From positions 1,856,001 through 1,920,000 of the forward strand of contig CAWHDR010000001.1 in NCBI GenBank assembly GCA_963828165.1: a stretch of DNA of 64,000 nt, written 5' to 3'. Below, piece after piece: positions 44,825-55,169 of this stretch. Under the pieces are notes generated by a model. The model was given only the letters and a program-made list of their open reading frames with translations, was not told where the DNA came from and searched no databases. How positions within the stretch are numbered: the first letter of the stretch is position 1; the number at the start of each line of letters is the position of its first letter. Source of the stretch: an uncultured Chloroflexia bacterium. Its GTDB lineage: Bacteria; Chloroflexota; Limnocylindria; Limnocylindrales; CSP1-4. The position numbers and the translations under genes were made by a program.

Positions 44825-45520
44825 TTGAAGGTCGTCGTCGGTCTCGGGAACCCCGGTTCGCAGTACGCCGGGACCCGCCACAACATCGGCTGGCTGGTCA
44901 TGGATCGGCTCGCCGAGCGGGCTGGCTGGGATGGCCGTGGGCGCCGGCGCGACAACTCCGACGTCGTCGGTGGGCGCTACCGCAGCCTCGACTTGACCCT
45001 CGTCAAGCCGCTGACCTACATGAACGAGTCTGGCCTGGCGGTCCGCAAGGTCCTGCAGCGCGAGCACGCTCCCCTGGGGGACCTGCTCATCGTCGCGGAC
45101 GACTTCGCCCTACCGTTCGGGAAGCTGCGCTTCCGCGAGGCGGGCAGCCACGGTGGGCACAACGGCCTGCGCTCGATCATCGACGAGCTCGGGACCGAGA
45201 AGTTCAGCCGCCTGCGCGTGGGGATCGGCGATCCGGCCCGCAACGGGCGCGACCACGTCCTCTCGAAGTTCGCTCCGGACGAGGTCCAGCGCCTCGACGA
45301 GCTGCTCGACGCGGCCGCTGATGCGGTCGAAGGCTGGGCGCGGGACGGCACGAGCAAGGCGTCCAACCGCTTCAACACGTTCCAGCTGCGCGAAGCCGAC
45401 GCGGATCGGCTCGCGGCGCCCGGCGAAGTCGACGGACCGCCGGACGAGACCGGGGTCCGCCGCACGAAGACCGGATGGCGTCGCGTCCTGCAGCGCAAGG
45501 ACAGGTCGGCCGATGCCTGA
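44825..45520 (+). CDS. pth: Peptidyl-tRNA hydrolase with a C-terminal extension
   Basis: GGAGG RBS with TTG; VGLGNPG..Y..TRHNIG, KPLTYMN.SG, GGHNGLRS. Confidence 0.95.
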   Translation: MKVVVGLGNPGSQYAGTRHNIGWLVMDRLAERAGWDGRGRRRDNSDVVGGRYRSLDLTLVKPLTYMNESGLAVRKVLQREHAPLGDLLIVADDFALPFGKLRFREAGSHGGHNGLRSIIDELGTEKFSRLRVGIGDPARNGRDHVLSKFAPDEVQRLDELLDAAADAVEGWARDGTSKASNRFNTFQLREADADRLAAPGEVDGPPDETGVRRTKTGWRRVLQRKDRSADA

Positions 45521-48500
45521 ATCGACCACGCCGCCCCTGCGCGGCCGTCGCGGGCGGGACCGTCGCATCGCCGAGCAGGTCGCCAAGGAGTTCGCGGCCC
45601 GCCACCCCCGGGTCAGGGACGAGGACGCCGTCGACTTCGACATCGGCGCGGTCGACGCGGAGGTCGAGGACGCGCGGACGCGCGGAGGCTCCTGCCGGGC
45701 AAGCCGCCGCAGAAGGCCCGACGGTCCGCCGCCGCCCGCCAGGGCGCGACCGGATCGGCGCCTCGCCCGGGCGCAGGCCACCGACTGCCGGACCTCGCCG
45801 GGCTGCCGCCGTTGCTCGCGGCGACAGGCACGTTCGGTGCGTTGCGAGAACGACTCGGGAGCCCGGCCGACATCGGACGCGTCGGGCGACACGCCGGGCT
45901 CGTTGCCGTCCCGCACGGTGCAAAGTCGTACCTGGCGGCCGCCATCGCGATCGGCGAGCCACTCGTCTGGATCGCCCGTGACGCCGAGATCGGCGACCGC
46001 GTGGCCGAGGAGCTGGGCGCCTGGTTGGGCGACGCGGCCGCGGTCGCGGTCCTGGAGCCGCGGACGGCCCTGGCATACGAGCGTAGCGAGCTCGTGGCCG
46101 ACGAGACCGCGGCCCGGGTCGCCGCGCTGGCCGCATGGCGAAGCGGCCGCGCTCGCGTGCTGGTCGCCAGCGTCCAGGCGCTGCTCCAGCACACGATCGC
46201 GCCCGACGATCTGCCCGCCGAGCCCCGGGAGCTGCGCGTCGGCGCCCGGCTCCACCAGGACCAGCTCCTGCGCGACCTGTTCGACCTCGGCTACTCGCCG
46301 GTCACGGAGGTCGCCGGGCGTGGCGAGTTCGCGCGGCGGGGCGGCATCGTGGACGTCTTCCCGCCATCGATGGAGCTCCCGATCCGGATCGAGTTCTTCG
46401 GTGACGAGATCGACTCATTGCGGGCCTTCGATCCGACGGACCAGCGGACGACCGGGGAGGTCGAGCGGATCGTCCTCCTGCCCGCGTCGGAGTTCCTGCT
46501 CCCGACCGGGGGCGTGGCCGCGATCCGCGAGCGGCTCGGCAAGGCGGTGTCCCGCCTTGGCGAGCGGCTCGGGGACGGACCTCGCTCGCTTCGAAGGCTC
46601 GGCGGATGACCCGCTCCGTCCGGTTGCGGCCGGCGCATCGCGGGCGATGGCCGTCGGCGACGCGGCCGAGGTCTGGGCCGCCCAGCTGGCGCCCGCGACC
46701 GCGCTCGATCACGTAGACCCGGGGACGCTGCTCGTGCTCGACGAGCCGGCCGATCTCGCCGAAGCCGCTGCGTTCCTGTGGCGCCAGGCCGATGAGCGTC
46801 GGGCGGAGCTGGTGGAAGCCGGCGAGCTGACGAAGGACTGGCCGTCGACCTACCTTCCCCCGCGAGATTGGAAGAGCCGGCTCGTCGGGTCGCGGACCCT
46901 CGAGCTGACATGGGAATCCGAACCACCGGCCGATGTGGCGATGGCGTCGCGGGGGAGGAGCTCGGGCGACATGTTCGGCTGGCGGGAGCCGATGCTGCCG
47001 CTCGGTCGAGCGACGCGCCTCGACGAGGCGGTCACCCGCTGGGCGGCGGACGGCGGCCGCATCGTGCTCGCCTCGGACCAGGCGCCGCGGCTGGCCGAGA
47101 TCCTCGAGGAAGCTGGCCACCCGGTCGCCGTCGTCGAGCGGATCGAGGCGCCGCCACCGCCGGGCGCGATCGCGCTGGTCGGACGCAGCCTGAACGGCGG
47201 GTTCGTGGGCGGGCCCGACGGTCTCGCCTTCGTCACCGACCGCGAGCTGTTCGGGACCGTTCGCGTCCGCCGGCCGAAGGCGCTCCGACGGGTCGTCCCA
47301 CGCGACATCCTCGAGCGACTCTCACCGGGTGACCTCGTGGTCCACATCGATCACGGCGTCGCGCGTTATGAGCAGATGCTGCGTCGCGGCGGGGAGGGGG
47401 AGGAGCGCGACTACCTCGAGCTGTCGTTCGCCGGCGGCGACCGGATCTTCGTGCCGGTCGAGCAGATCGCGCGGGTCACGCGCTACGCCGGCGGGGAGCG
47501 GCCACAGCTCAGCAAGCTCGGTGGCGCCGAGTGGCTGCGCGCCAAGCAGCGGGTCCGCAAGGCGGTCGCGGATCTCGCTGACGAGCTGCTGGCCCTGTAC
47601 GCGACGCGGACGGCCGCCCAGGGCCACGCCTTCAACGACGACACGCCGTGGCAGGGGGAGATGGAGGCGTCGTTCCCGTACGAGGAGACCATCGACCAGC
47701 TGCGGGCCTCGGCGGAGATGAAGGCCGACATGGAACGTCAGCAGCCGATGGACCGACTCGTCGTCGGCGACGTGGGCTACGGCAAGACCGAGGTGGCGTT
47801 GCGCGGCGCCTTCAAGGCGACCCAGGACGGGAAGCAAGTCGCGGTGCTCGTGCCGACGACCGTGCTCGCCGCCCAGCACCACGCGACGTTCAGCCAGCGG
47901 TTCGCCGCCTTCCCGCTGGAGGTCCGGATCCTCTCGAGGTTCGTCTCGGCCAAGGAGCAGGCGGCCACGATCGACGGCCTGGCCGACGGCACGGTGGACA
48001 TCGTCATCGGCACCCACCGCCTGCTCAGCAAGGACGTGCAGTTCAAGGACCTCGGCCTCGTCGTCGTGGATGAGGAGCAGCGGTTCGGGGTCGCCGCCAA
48101 GGAGAAGCTCAAGCAGCTCCGCCGCGAGGTCGACGTCCTCACGTTGTCGGCGACGCCGATCCCGCGGACGCTGAACCTGGCGATGGCCGGGATCCGCGAC
48201 CTCAGCGTCATCGAGACGCCCCCGGAGGACCGCCTGCCGATCCAGACCCGCGTCGCCGAGGCTTCCGCCGGACTGGTCCGCGACGCGATCCTGCGCGAGC
48301 TCGACCGTGGCGGCCAGGTGTTCTACGTGCACAACCGGGTCGAGACGATCGAGGCCCAGGCCGAGCAGTTGCGACGCCTGCTTCCCGACGCGCGCTTCGT
48401 CGTCGGGCACGGGCAGATGCCCGAAGGCGCCCTCGAGAAGGTCATGATCGCCTTCGCCGACGGAGCGGCGGACGTGCTCGTGTGCACGACGATCATCGAG

Positions 48501-49349
48501 TCGGGCCTGGATATCCCGAACGCGAACACCATCATCATCGATCGCGCGGACACGCTCGGGTTGGCGCAGCTCTACCAGCTCCGCGGGCGAGTCGGCCGGT
48601 CGTCGCGACGGGCCTACGCATACCTGCTCTATCGACGCCGCGAGCGCCTGTCGGACGAGGCGCGCAAGCGGCTGCAGGCCATCTTCAACGCCTCCGAGCT
48701 CGGGGCGGGCTTCCAGATCGCGCTGTCCGACCTCGAGATCCGGGGAGCCGGCAACATCCTGGGCGGAGAGCAATCGGGCCACATGGCCGCCGTCGGATTC
48801 GACCTCTACTCGCGGATGCTCGCGGAGGCGGTCGAGGGACAGAAGGCGCACCGTGAGGGCCGCACCCCGACCGTCGAGGCGCCGCAGGCCGTGGTCGACC
48901 TGCCGATCGACGCGCACCTGCCCGACGACTACGTCCCCGACGAGGCCCAGAAGCTCGAGCTGTATCGACGCCTCGCCAAGGCCCGTACGGCCGGCGACAT
49001 CGCGGCGTTCCGGGGGGAGGTCACGGACCGGTTTGGCCCGATGCCGACCCCGGTCACGCGCCTCATCGAGGTGGCCGAGCTGCGGCTGGCCGCGGAAGCT
49101 GCGGGCATCGGCTCGATCTCCCGCGAGGAGGGGTGGCTTGTCGTGCGCTTCGGCGCGTCCCTGACCCGTTCCGCCGCCATGCGTTTGCTCGGCGACGGCG
49201 GGCTGCCCGGGGTCAGGCCGTCGGACGTCACGTTCGCGAGCAATCAGGTCCGCATCCGGGCCCCGCAAGCGGCCAAGGCCTGGCAACTGACCCAGGCGGT
49301 CGTGGCACGACTGGGCGTGCAGCACGACGCCGAGGTCACGGTCGGCTAG
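45513..49349 (+). CDS. mfd: Transcription-repair coupling factor Mfd; segment ~45680-46572 is encoded in another frame (two compensating frameshifts)
   Basis: UvrB-homology segment GEFARRGGIVDVFP...RIEFFGDEIDSLR.FDP..QR in the alternate frame; VVHIDHG, GDVGYGKTEVA, DEEQRFG, QLRGRVGR and TRCF domain in the main frame; follows pth. Confidence 0.92.
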   Translation: MPESTTPPLRGRRGRDRRIAEQVAKEFAARHPRVRDEDAVDFDIGAVDAEVEDARTRGGSCRASRRRRPDGPPPPARARPDRRLARAQATDCRTSPGCRRCSRRQARSVRCENDSGARPTSDASGDTPGSLPSRTVQSRTWRPPSRSASHSSGSPVTPRSATAWPRSWAPGWATRPRSRSWSRGRPWHTSVASSWPTRPRPGSPRWPHGEAAALACWSPASRRCSSTRSRPTICPPSPGSCASAPGSTRTSSCATCSTSATRRSRRSPGVASSRGGAASWTSSRHRWSSRSGSSSSVTRSTHCGPSIRRTSGRPGRSSGSSSCPRRSSCSRPGAWPRSASGSARRCPALASGSGTDLARFEGSADDPLRPVAAGASRAMAVGDAAEVWAAQLAPATALDHVDPGTLLVLDEPADLAEAAAFLWRQADERRAELVEAGELTKDWPSTYLPPRDWKSRLVGSRTLELTWESEPPADVAMASRGRSSGDMFGWREPMLPLGRATRLDEAVTRWAADGGRIVLASDQAPRLAEILEEAGHPVAVVERIEAPPPPGAIALVGRSLNGGFVGGPDGLAFVTDRELFGTVRVRRPKALRRVVPRDILERLSPGDLVVHIDHGVARYEQMLRRGGEGEERDYLELSFAGGDRIFVPVEQIARVTRYAGGERPQLSKLGGAEWLRAKQRVRKAVADLADELLALYATRTAAQGHAFNDDTPWQGEMEASFPYEETIDQLRASAEMKADMERQQPMDRLVVGDVGYGKTEVALRGAFKATQDGKQVAVLVPTTVLAAQHHATFSQRFAAFPLEVRILSRFVSAKEQAATIDGLADGTVDIVIGTHRLLSKDVQFKDLGLVVVDEEQRFGVAAKEKLKQLRREVDVLTLSATPIPRTLNLAMAGIRDLSVIETPPEDRLPIQTRVAEASAGLVRDAILRELDRGGQVFYVHNRVETIEAQAEQLRRLLPDARFVVGHGQMPEGALEKVMIAFADGAADVLVCTTIIESGLDIPNANTIIIDRADTLGLAQLYQLRGRVGRSSRRAYAYLLYRRRERLSDEARKRLQAIFNASELGAGFQIALSDLEIRGAGNILGGEQSGHMAAVGFDLYSRMLAEAVEGQKAHREGRTPTVEAPQAVVDLPIDAHLPDDYVPDEAQKLELYRRLAKARTAGDIAAFRGEVTDRFGPMPTPVTRLIEVAELRLAAEAAGIGSISREEGWLVVRFGASLTRSAAMRLLGDGGLPGVRPSDVTFASNQVRIRAPQAAKAWQLTQAVVARLGVQHDAEVTVG

Positions 49350-49396
49350 TCGGGCGCCCCGCGCCAGCGGACGTCCGTCGGTGGCAGACTTGGACC

Positions 49397-50845
49397 ATGT
49401 CACTGAGCCAAGACCCGGAGCGCCCCGGGCGCACCGCGGGACCCGTCGATGATGGCCGCGGCCTGTGGACAGCGGGTCGCCGGAACCTCACCGTGGGGCT
49501 CGTCCTTACCGTCACCCTGGTCGCGTTCGAGGCGCTCGCCGTCTCGACCATCATGCCGATCGTGGCGCGCGAGCTCGGCAATCTCGAGCTCTACGGCTGG
49601 GTCTTCACGTCGTTCATGCTCGGTTCGCTCATCGGCATCGTGGTGGTCGGCGGCATCATCGATCGGCGCGGGCTGGGTCTGCCCTTCGCAGTCGGCATCG
49701 CGCTCTTCGCCATCGGGCTCATCATCGGCGGCCTGGCGCCATCGATGGAGGTCCTCGTCGGCGGGCGCTTCCTGCAGGGACTCGGGGCCGGCACCGTCCC
49801 ACCGATCGCATACGTCGCGATCGGTCGCAGCCTTCCGGAGCGGCTCCGGCCGCAGATGTTCGCGACGCTCTCGACGGCCTGGGTGCTGCCCGGCGTCCTG
49901 GGGCCGGCCGTCGCGGGTGCGGTCGGCGAGTCCATCGGGTGGCGCTGGGTGTTCCTTGGCCTGCTCCCGCTCATCGCGATCTCGTCCGGGATCGCCTATC
50001 CGCAGGTACGGCGGGTCGGGCCGGGGGCGCCGTCCGCGACCGCCGCGACGCTGCGCGAACGGCTCCCGTTGGCCCTCGTCGTCGCCGTCGGGACCGGGCT
50101 CCTGCTCGGCGGCCTGACCAGCGGTCAGCCGGTGATGCTGATCGTGCTGGGAACGATCGGCGCTGTCCTGGCGATCATCGCCCTGCGGCGGCTGACGCCA
50201 CCGGGCACCCTGCGCGCCGCACGCGGGATGCCGGCGGCCGTCCTGATCCGCGGCATCATCACCTTCGCGTTCTTCGCCGTCGACGCCTACATCGCGCTGG
50301 CCCTGATCGAGTGGCGCGGACTCAGCGCCACCGAGGCCGGCATCAGCCTGACCGCCGCGACGCTCACCTGGACCACGGGCTCGTGGATCCAGGCCCGCCT
50401 CTCATCGCGCTTCCCGCCGGAGCGGTTCGTGCAGGCCGGGATCGCTGTCCTCATCGCCGGCCTCACGACGTTCCTCGTGGTCCTGTATCCCCAGTTCTCG
50501 CCATGGATGGCGATCCCGACGGTGGGCCTGGCCGGCCTTGGGATGGGCCTTGCCTACTCCCCGCTGGCGCTGATCGTCCTGCGCGAGGCGTCGGGCGCCG
50601 AGCAGGGCAGAGCCTCGTCGGCGTTGTCGCTCACGGATTCGCTCGGGACGGCCCTGGGGACGGGAATCACAGGGGCGGCCGTGGCGGCGGCGGTCCGGGA
50701 CGCCGGGACGCCGTTCCGCGGCCTGCTGGTCGGCTTCGCCGTCGCGATCGCGGTGGCGATGCTCGGGCTGATCCTCAGCAGCCGGCTGCGGGTCGCGGCG
50801 CGGCCGGCCACGTCCACGAGCGCCGTTCCGGTCACCGGCCCCTGA
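49397..50845 (+). CDS. MFS transporter (DHA2-like)
   Basis: About 14 TM helices; G.IIDRRG motif A; GRFLQGLG. Confidence 0.88.
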   Translation: MSLSQDPERPGRTAGPVDDGRGLWTAGRRNLTVGLVLTVTLVAFEALAVSTIMPIVARELGNLELYGWVFTSFMLGSLIGIVVVGGIIDRRGLGLPFAVGIALFAIGLIIGGLAPSMEVLVGGRFLQGLGAGTVPPIAYVAIGRSLPERLRPQMFATLSTAWVLPGVLGPAVAGAVGESIGWRWVFLGLLPLIAISSGIAYPQVRRVGPGAPSATAATLRERLPLALVVAVGTGLLLGGLTSGQPVMLIVLGTIGAVLAIIALRRLTPPGTLRAARGMPAAVLIRGIITFAFFAVDAYIALALIEWRGLSATEAGISLTAATLTWTTGSWIQARLSSRFPPERFVQAGIAVLIAGLTTFLVVLYPQFSPWMAIPTVGLAGLGMGLAYSPLALIVLREASGAEQGRASSALSLTDSLGTALGTGITGAAVAAAVRDAGTPFRGLLVGFAVAIAVAMLGLILSSRLRVAARPATSTSAVPVTGP

Positions 50846-50976
50846 GCGTGCGGCGGCCCAGTTCGCCTGCGGTAGACTTTCCGCTGGCCCGGGGGTCGTT
50901 CGCCCACCCCCATCCCGTCGCCATCACCCCGCATCACGACCGTCCATCCACCGACCCGCTCCGAGGTCTCCAGCCG

Positions 50977-51498
50977 ATGTCCGCCGAGTCGCTCCGCGAG
51001 AAGATCCGCGAGATCCCCGACTTCCCGAAGCCCGGCATCCTGTTCTATGACATCACGACCCTGCTCAAGGATCCGGCCGCCTACAAGGAAGCGATCGACC
51101 TGATGCTCGAGCCGTACAAGGACGAGCACATCGACATCGTCGTCGGGATGGAGTCGCGCGGGTTCATCTTCAGCTCGCCGATGGCCTACCAGCTGGACGC
51201 TGGGCTCGTGCCCGTTCGCAAGCTCGGCAAGCTGCCGGCCGAGACGATCACCGTCGAGTACGCCCTCGAGTACGGGTCCAACACGCTCGAGATCCACCGC
51301 GACGCCGTCCAGCCAGGCCAGAAGGTGCTGATCGTCGACGACCTGCTCGCGACCGGTGGCACGGTCAAGGGCACGATCGAGCTCATCGAGCGACTCAAGG
51401 GCGAGGTCGTCGGGCTGGGCTTCCTGGTCGAGCTTGGGTTCCTCAAGGGTCGCGACCGCCTCGAAGGACGCCGGGTCACCAGCGTCATCGAGTACTGA
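50977..51498 (+). CDS. apt: Adenine phosphoribosyltransferase
   Basis: IPDFPKPGILF.DIT, ESRGF, RK.GKLP, VDDLLATGGT. Confidence 0.96.
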   Translation: MSAESLREKIREIPDFPKPGILFYDITTLLKDPAAYKEAIDLMLEPYKDEHIDIVVGMESRGFIFSSPMAYQLDAGLVPVRKLGKLPAETITVEYALEYGSNTLEIHRDAVQPGQKVLIVDDLLATGGTVKGTIELIERLKGEVVGLGFLVELGFLKGRDRLEGRRVTSVIEY

Positions 51499-51523
51499 CG
51501 ATCCGCTCGAGGCCGCACGCGAT

Positions 51524-52978
51524 TTGACCGATCCGACCGACACCCGACCTCCTGAAGCGGACCCCGTGGTTCCGCCGGGTGAAGGCGCCGATCTTGCCCG
51601 GCGGCGCTTCTTCCGGCAGTTCGCCGGTGACCTGTTCCACGGCGCGGCCGGCGTGGTCGGTGCCGCGCAGGCGCTCCAGCGGGTCTCCGCGGAGGCTGCC
51701 AGCGCGATCCTCGACCCGAGTTCCGTAACGCTCGGTGGGGCCGCGGCCGTGCCCGTCGTCCCCGAGCCGCCGACCGGCTTTCGGACGCCGTTCCGGGAGA
51801 CGCCCGGCGTCCTCCACCTCGTCGATCAGCGCAAGTTGCCCGACGTGCTCGAGGAATACCGCGTGCGGACCGCATCGGAGGCCGCCTTCGCGATCCGGGA
51901 GATGATCGTGCGCGGCGCTCCGGCCATCGGCCAGGTCGGGGCGATCGGGCTGACGCTCACGGCGGACAAGGCCCGGACCACCCGTCCATACGCTCGCCGC
52001 GCGACGCTCCGTGGTGCGGCGAAGACGCTCATCAACGCACGCCCGACCGCCGTCAACCTGCGCTGGGCGGTCGAGCGCGTCATGGCCGCGTACGAGGCGG
52101 TCGGCGACCTGTCCGAGGACGGGGATGCCATCGCCGACGCGATGCGCGCCGAGGCAGACACCATCGTCTTCGAAACGACCGAGGATCACGGTCGGATGGC
52201 GACGTTCGGGCGGGAGGAACTGGTGTTCCCGCAGGACCGGCCGCTGCGGATCCTCACGCACTGCAACACCGGGCCTCTCGCGTGCGGCCAGTTCGGGACC
52301 GCCCTCGGCGTCGTCCAGGCGGCCCATCATGCTGGCTTGGCCGTGCACGTCTGGGTCGACGAGACCCGGCCGTACCTCCAGGGCGCGCGGCTGACGGCCT
52401 GGGAGCTGGCGCAGGCCGGCGTGCCGCACACGCTGATCCCTGACGTGGCCGCCGGTCACCTGATGGCGAACGGCGAGGTGGACGTCATCCTCGTCGGGGC
52501 CGACCGGATCGCGGCCAACGGGGACACCGCGAACAAGGTCGGCACCTACACGCTGGCCGTGCTGGCGGCTCGCCACGGCATCCCGTTCTACGTCGTCGCG
52601 CCGATCAGCACGGTGGATCTGGCGACGCCCGACGGGACGTCGATCCCGATCGAGGAGCGCAAGGCGAACGAGGTCCTGTTCGTGCGCGGCGTGAGCATCG
52701 CCCCGCCGGAGACCGAGGTCCGCAATCCGGCGTTCGATGTGACCCCGTCGGACCTCATCACCGGCATCGTCAGCGACGAGGGCGTGATCCGGGGCCCCTA
52801 CCCAGAGGGCTTGGCTCAGGCCGTCGCCGGGCGGGACCTGCGGCGCAAGACGGCGCCGGGTTTCGCGGCCGTATCGGCAGCGGCGGTCGCGCCCGTCGCG
52901 CCGGTCGCCGAGCCAGCCGAGCCAGCCGAGCCCGCCGAGTCCTCGCCGCCACCCACGGCCGCCGCGGTCGATTCCTGA
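51524..52978 (+). CDS. mtnA: Methylthioribose-1-phosphate isomerase with N- and C-terminal extensions (start uncertain)
   Basis: [56 protein letters not shown]. Confidence 0.93.
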   Translation: MTDPTDTRPPEADPVVPPGEGADLARRRFFRQFAGDLFHGAAGVVGAAQALQRVSAEAASAILDPSSVTLGGAAAVPVVPEPPTGFRTPFRETPGVLHLVDQRKLPDVLEEYRVRTASEAAFAIREMIVRGAPAIGQVGAIGLTLTADKARTTRPYARRATLRGAAKTLINARPTAVNLRWAVERVMAAYEAVGDLSEDGDAIADAMRAEADTIVFETTEDHGRMATFGREELVFPQDRPLRILTHCNTGPLACGQFGTALGVVQAAHHAGLAVHVWVDETRPYLQGARLTAWELAQAGVPHTLIPDVAAGHLMANGEVDVILVGADRIAANGDTANKVGTYTLAVLAARHGIPFYVVAPISTVDLATPDGTSIPIEERKANEVLFVRGVSIAPPETEVRNPAFDVTPSDLITGIVSDEGVIRGPYPEGLAQAVAGRDLRRKTAPGFAAVSAAAVAPVAPVAEPAEPAEPAESSPPPTAAAVDS

Positions 52979-53844
52979 TGGCGACCATCGCGATCGGCCG
53001 TCGCCCGGCCGCCATCGCCCGCCAGACCACGGATCGCGACCTGCTCTACTCGTTCCTGGGACAGGACCGGCTGTACGCGGCCTATGCGATCTGCGACCTC
53101 GAAGAGCGCGAGTTCGCGCGCACGCGCTGGGGCGCGGCGTACGACGGCGACGAGCTCATCGCCGTCGGGATGGAGTACACGGGTCCGACCCCGCAGCCGC
53201 TGTTCGTCCTGGGCCGGCCAGATGGCGTCAGCGCGGTGCTCCGCGATGTCATCCGCCCGCGAGCCGCGTACATCGCCGCTCGCACGATGATGCTCCCCGC
53301 CGTCGAGGGCCACTACCGCGTGGATCCCGGGCCGCAGATGGTCCGGATGTGGGTCGATCGGGCGCGGTTCCGACCGTATCCGGCGACGGTCCAGCGGCTG
53401 CTGCCCGTCGAGATCGGGGAGCTCAACCGGCTCTACCAGCTCGGGTTCGCCTCGTGGCTGCCGTCCGGCGCGATCGCCGACGGCGTCTATTACGGGATGC
53501 GCGTCAACGGCCAGCTCGTGGCGGCGGCCGGCACGCACGTCGTGAGCCCGTCAGCCCGTCTCGCGGTGGTCGGCAACGTCCTGACCCATCTCGACTATCG
53601 TGGGCGCGGCTTCGCGACCGCCGTCACTGGTGCCGTGACTGCGGAACTCCTGCGGTCGTGCGACCAGATCGTCCTCAACGTCCGGGCGGACAATCCACCA
53701 GCGATCAATGCCTATCGACGGTTGGGCTACATCGAGCACGCGCGCTTCGAGGAGCGCCTCATCCATCGCCTCGGCTCGCCCTGGCCCGACATCACGGCGC
53801 CGCTGCGCCGCCTCTTCGCCCGCAAGGAGACCGATCCCCGATGA
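52978..53844 (+). CDS. GNAT family N-acetyltransferase (FR47-like C-terminal domain)
   Basis: [29 protein letters not shown]; overlaps both neighbours. Confidence 0.88.
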   Translation: MATIAIGRRPAAIARQTTDRDLLYSFLGQDRLYAAYAICDLEEREFARTRWGAAYDGDELIAVGMEYTGPTPQPLFVLGRPDGVSAVLRDVIRPRAAYIAARTMMLPAVEGHYRVDPGPQMVRMWVDRARFRPYPATVQRLLPVEIGELNRLYQLGFASWLPSGAIADGVYYGMRVNGQLVAAAGTHVVSPSARLAVVGNVLTHLDYRGRGFATAVTGAVTAELLRSCDQIVLNVRADNPPAINAYRRLGYIEHARFEERLIHRLGSPWPDITAPLRRLFARKETDPR

Positions 53845-55118
53845 CCGACGCCGCTATCCTGCCCGCCCACGACGTGACCGACCTCGGCCTTGCCGAGGAG
53901 GGCGTCCGGCGCATCGAGTGGGCCGAGCGTGAGATGCCCGTCCTGCGGCTGATCCGCGAGCGCTTCGAGCGCGAACAGCCGCTCGCGGGCCTGCGCATCG
54001 GGGCGTGCCTGCACGTCACGACCGAAACCGCCAACCTGATGCGCACGCTCAAGGCGGGCGGCGCCGACGTCGTGCTCGCGGCCTCGAACCCACTCTCGAC
54101 GAAGGACGATGTCGCGGCCGCGCTCGTGGCCGAGTACGGCATCGCGACGTTCGCCCGACGCGGCGAGGATCGCGACACGTACTACGACCACCTCAAGAGC
54201 GTGGCCGACACGCGCCCGCAGATCACCATGGACGACGGCTGCGACCTCGTCTCGCTCCTCCACAGCGAGCGGCCCGACCAGGTCAAGGAGGTCCTGGCGG
54301 GCACGGAGGAGACGACCACCGGTGTGATCCGGCTCAAGGCGATGGCCGCCGACAAGGCTCTGGGCTTCCCGGTCGTGGCGGTCAACGAGGCGCAGACCAA
54401 GCACCTCTTCGACAACCGCTACGGCACCGGCCAGAGCACGCTGGACGGCATCCTGCGGGCCACGAACATCCTCATCGCCGGCCGCAAGGTCGTCGTCGCC
54501 GGCTACGGCTGGGTCGGCAAGGGGATCGCGTCGCGCATGGACGGCCACGGGGCCCATGTGGCGGTCGTAGAGGTCGATCCGGTCCGAGCCCTGGAGGCGC
54601 TGATGGACGGGTTCGCGGTGATGAGCCACGGCGACGCCGCTGCATGGGGCGACCTGTTCGTCACCGCGACCGGCAACCTCAACGTCTTCCGCCGCGAGCA
54701 TTTCGAGGTCATGGGGGACGGCGCGATCATGGCCAACTCGGGTCACTTCGACGCCGAGCTCGACCTCGCCGCGCTGCGCGCGATGGCCGAGGGCCACGTG
54801 CGCGAGGTCCGCGAGAACGTCCTGGAGTTCGACCTGGGCGGCAAGAAGCTCAACCTCATCGCCGAGGGCCGCCTGGTCAACCTCGGAGCGGCCGAGGGCC
54901 ACCCCGCCGCGGTCATGGACATGAGCTTCGCGAACCAGGCCCTGTGCGCCGAATACGTCGCGGGGCACCACGCCGAGCTCGAACCGATGGTCTACGTCGT
55001 CCCCGAGGCGATCGATGCGGAAGTCGCGCGGCTCAAGCTGGCCGCGCTCGGCATCGAGCTCGAGCCGATGACCGCGGAACAGGCCGACTACGTCTCGTCC
55101 TGGCAGCACGGGACCTGA
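53841..55118 (+). CDS. ahcY: S-adenosylhomocysteine hydrolase
   Basis: [49 protein letters not shown]...GHP. Confidence 0.96.
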   Translation: MTDAAILPAHDVTDLGLAEEGVRRIEWAEREMPVLRLIRERFEREQPLAGLRIGACLHVTTETANLMRTLKAGGADVVLAASNPLSTKDDVAAALVAEYGIATFARRGEDRDTYYDHLKSVADTRPQITMDDGCDLVSLLHSERPDQVKEVLAGTEETTTGVIRLKAMAADKALGFPVVAVNEAQTKHLFDNRYGTGQSTLDGILRATNILIAGRKVVVAGYGWVGKGIASRMDGHGAHVAVVEVDPVRALEALMDGFAVMSHGDAAAWGDLFVTATGNLNVFRREHFEVMGDGAIMANSGHFDAELDLAALRAMAEGHVREVRENVLEFDLGGKKLNLIAEGRLVNLGAAEGHPAAVMDMSFANQALCAEYVAGHHAELEPMVYVVPEAIDAEVARLKLAALGIELEPMTAEQADYVSSWQHGT

Positions 55119-55169
55119 CCAACTCGCGGCCGGATCGGTATCCGGGCGGAACGCGGTAGAGTTCCGCCG

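Noticed and set aside
45153-45512. Mfd ORF extension overlapping pth (1398-aa call)
   Set aside because: Open frame overlapping pth by chance; ATG 45513 at the pth stop is the plausible start.
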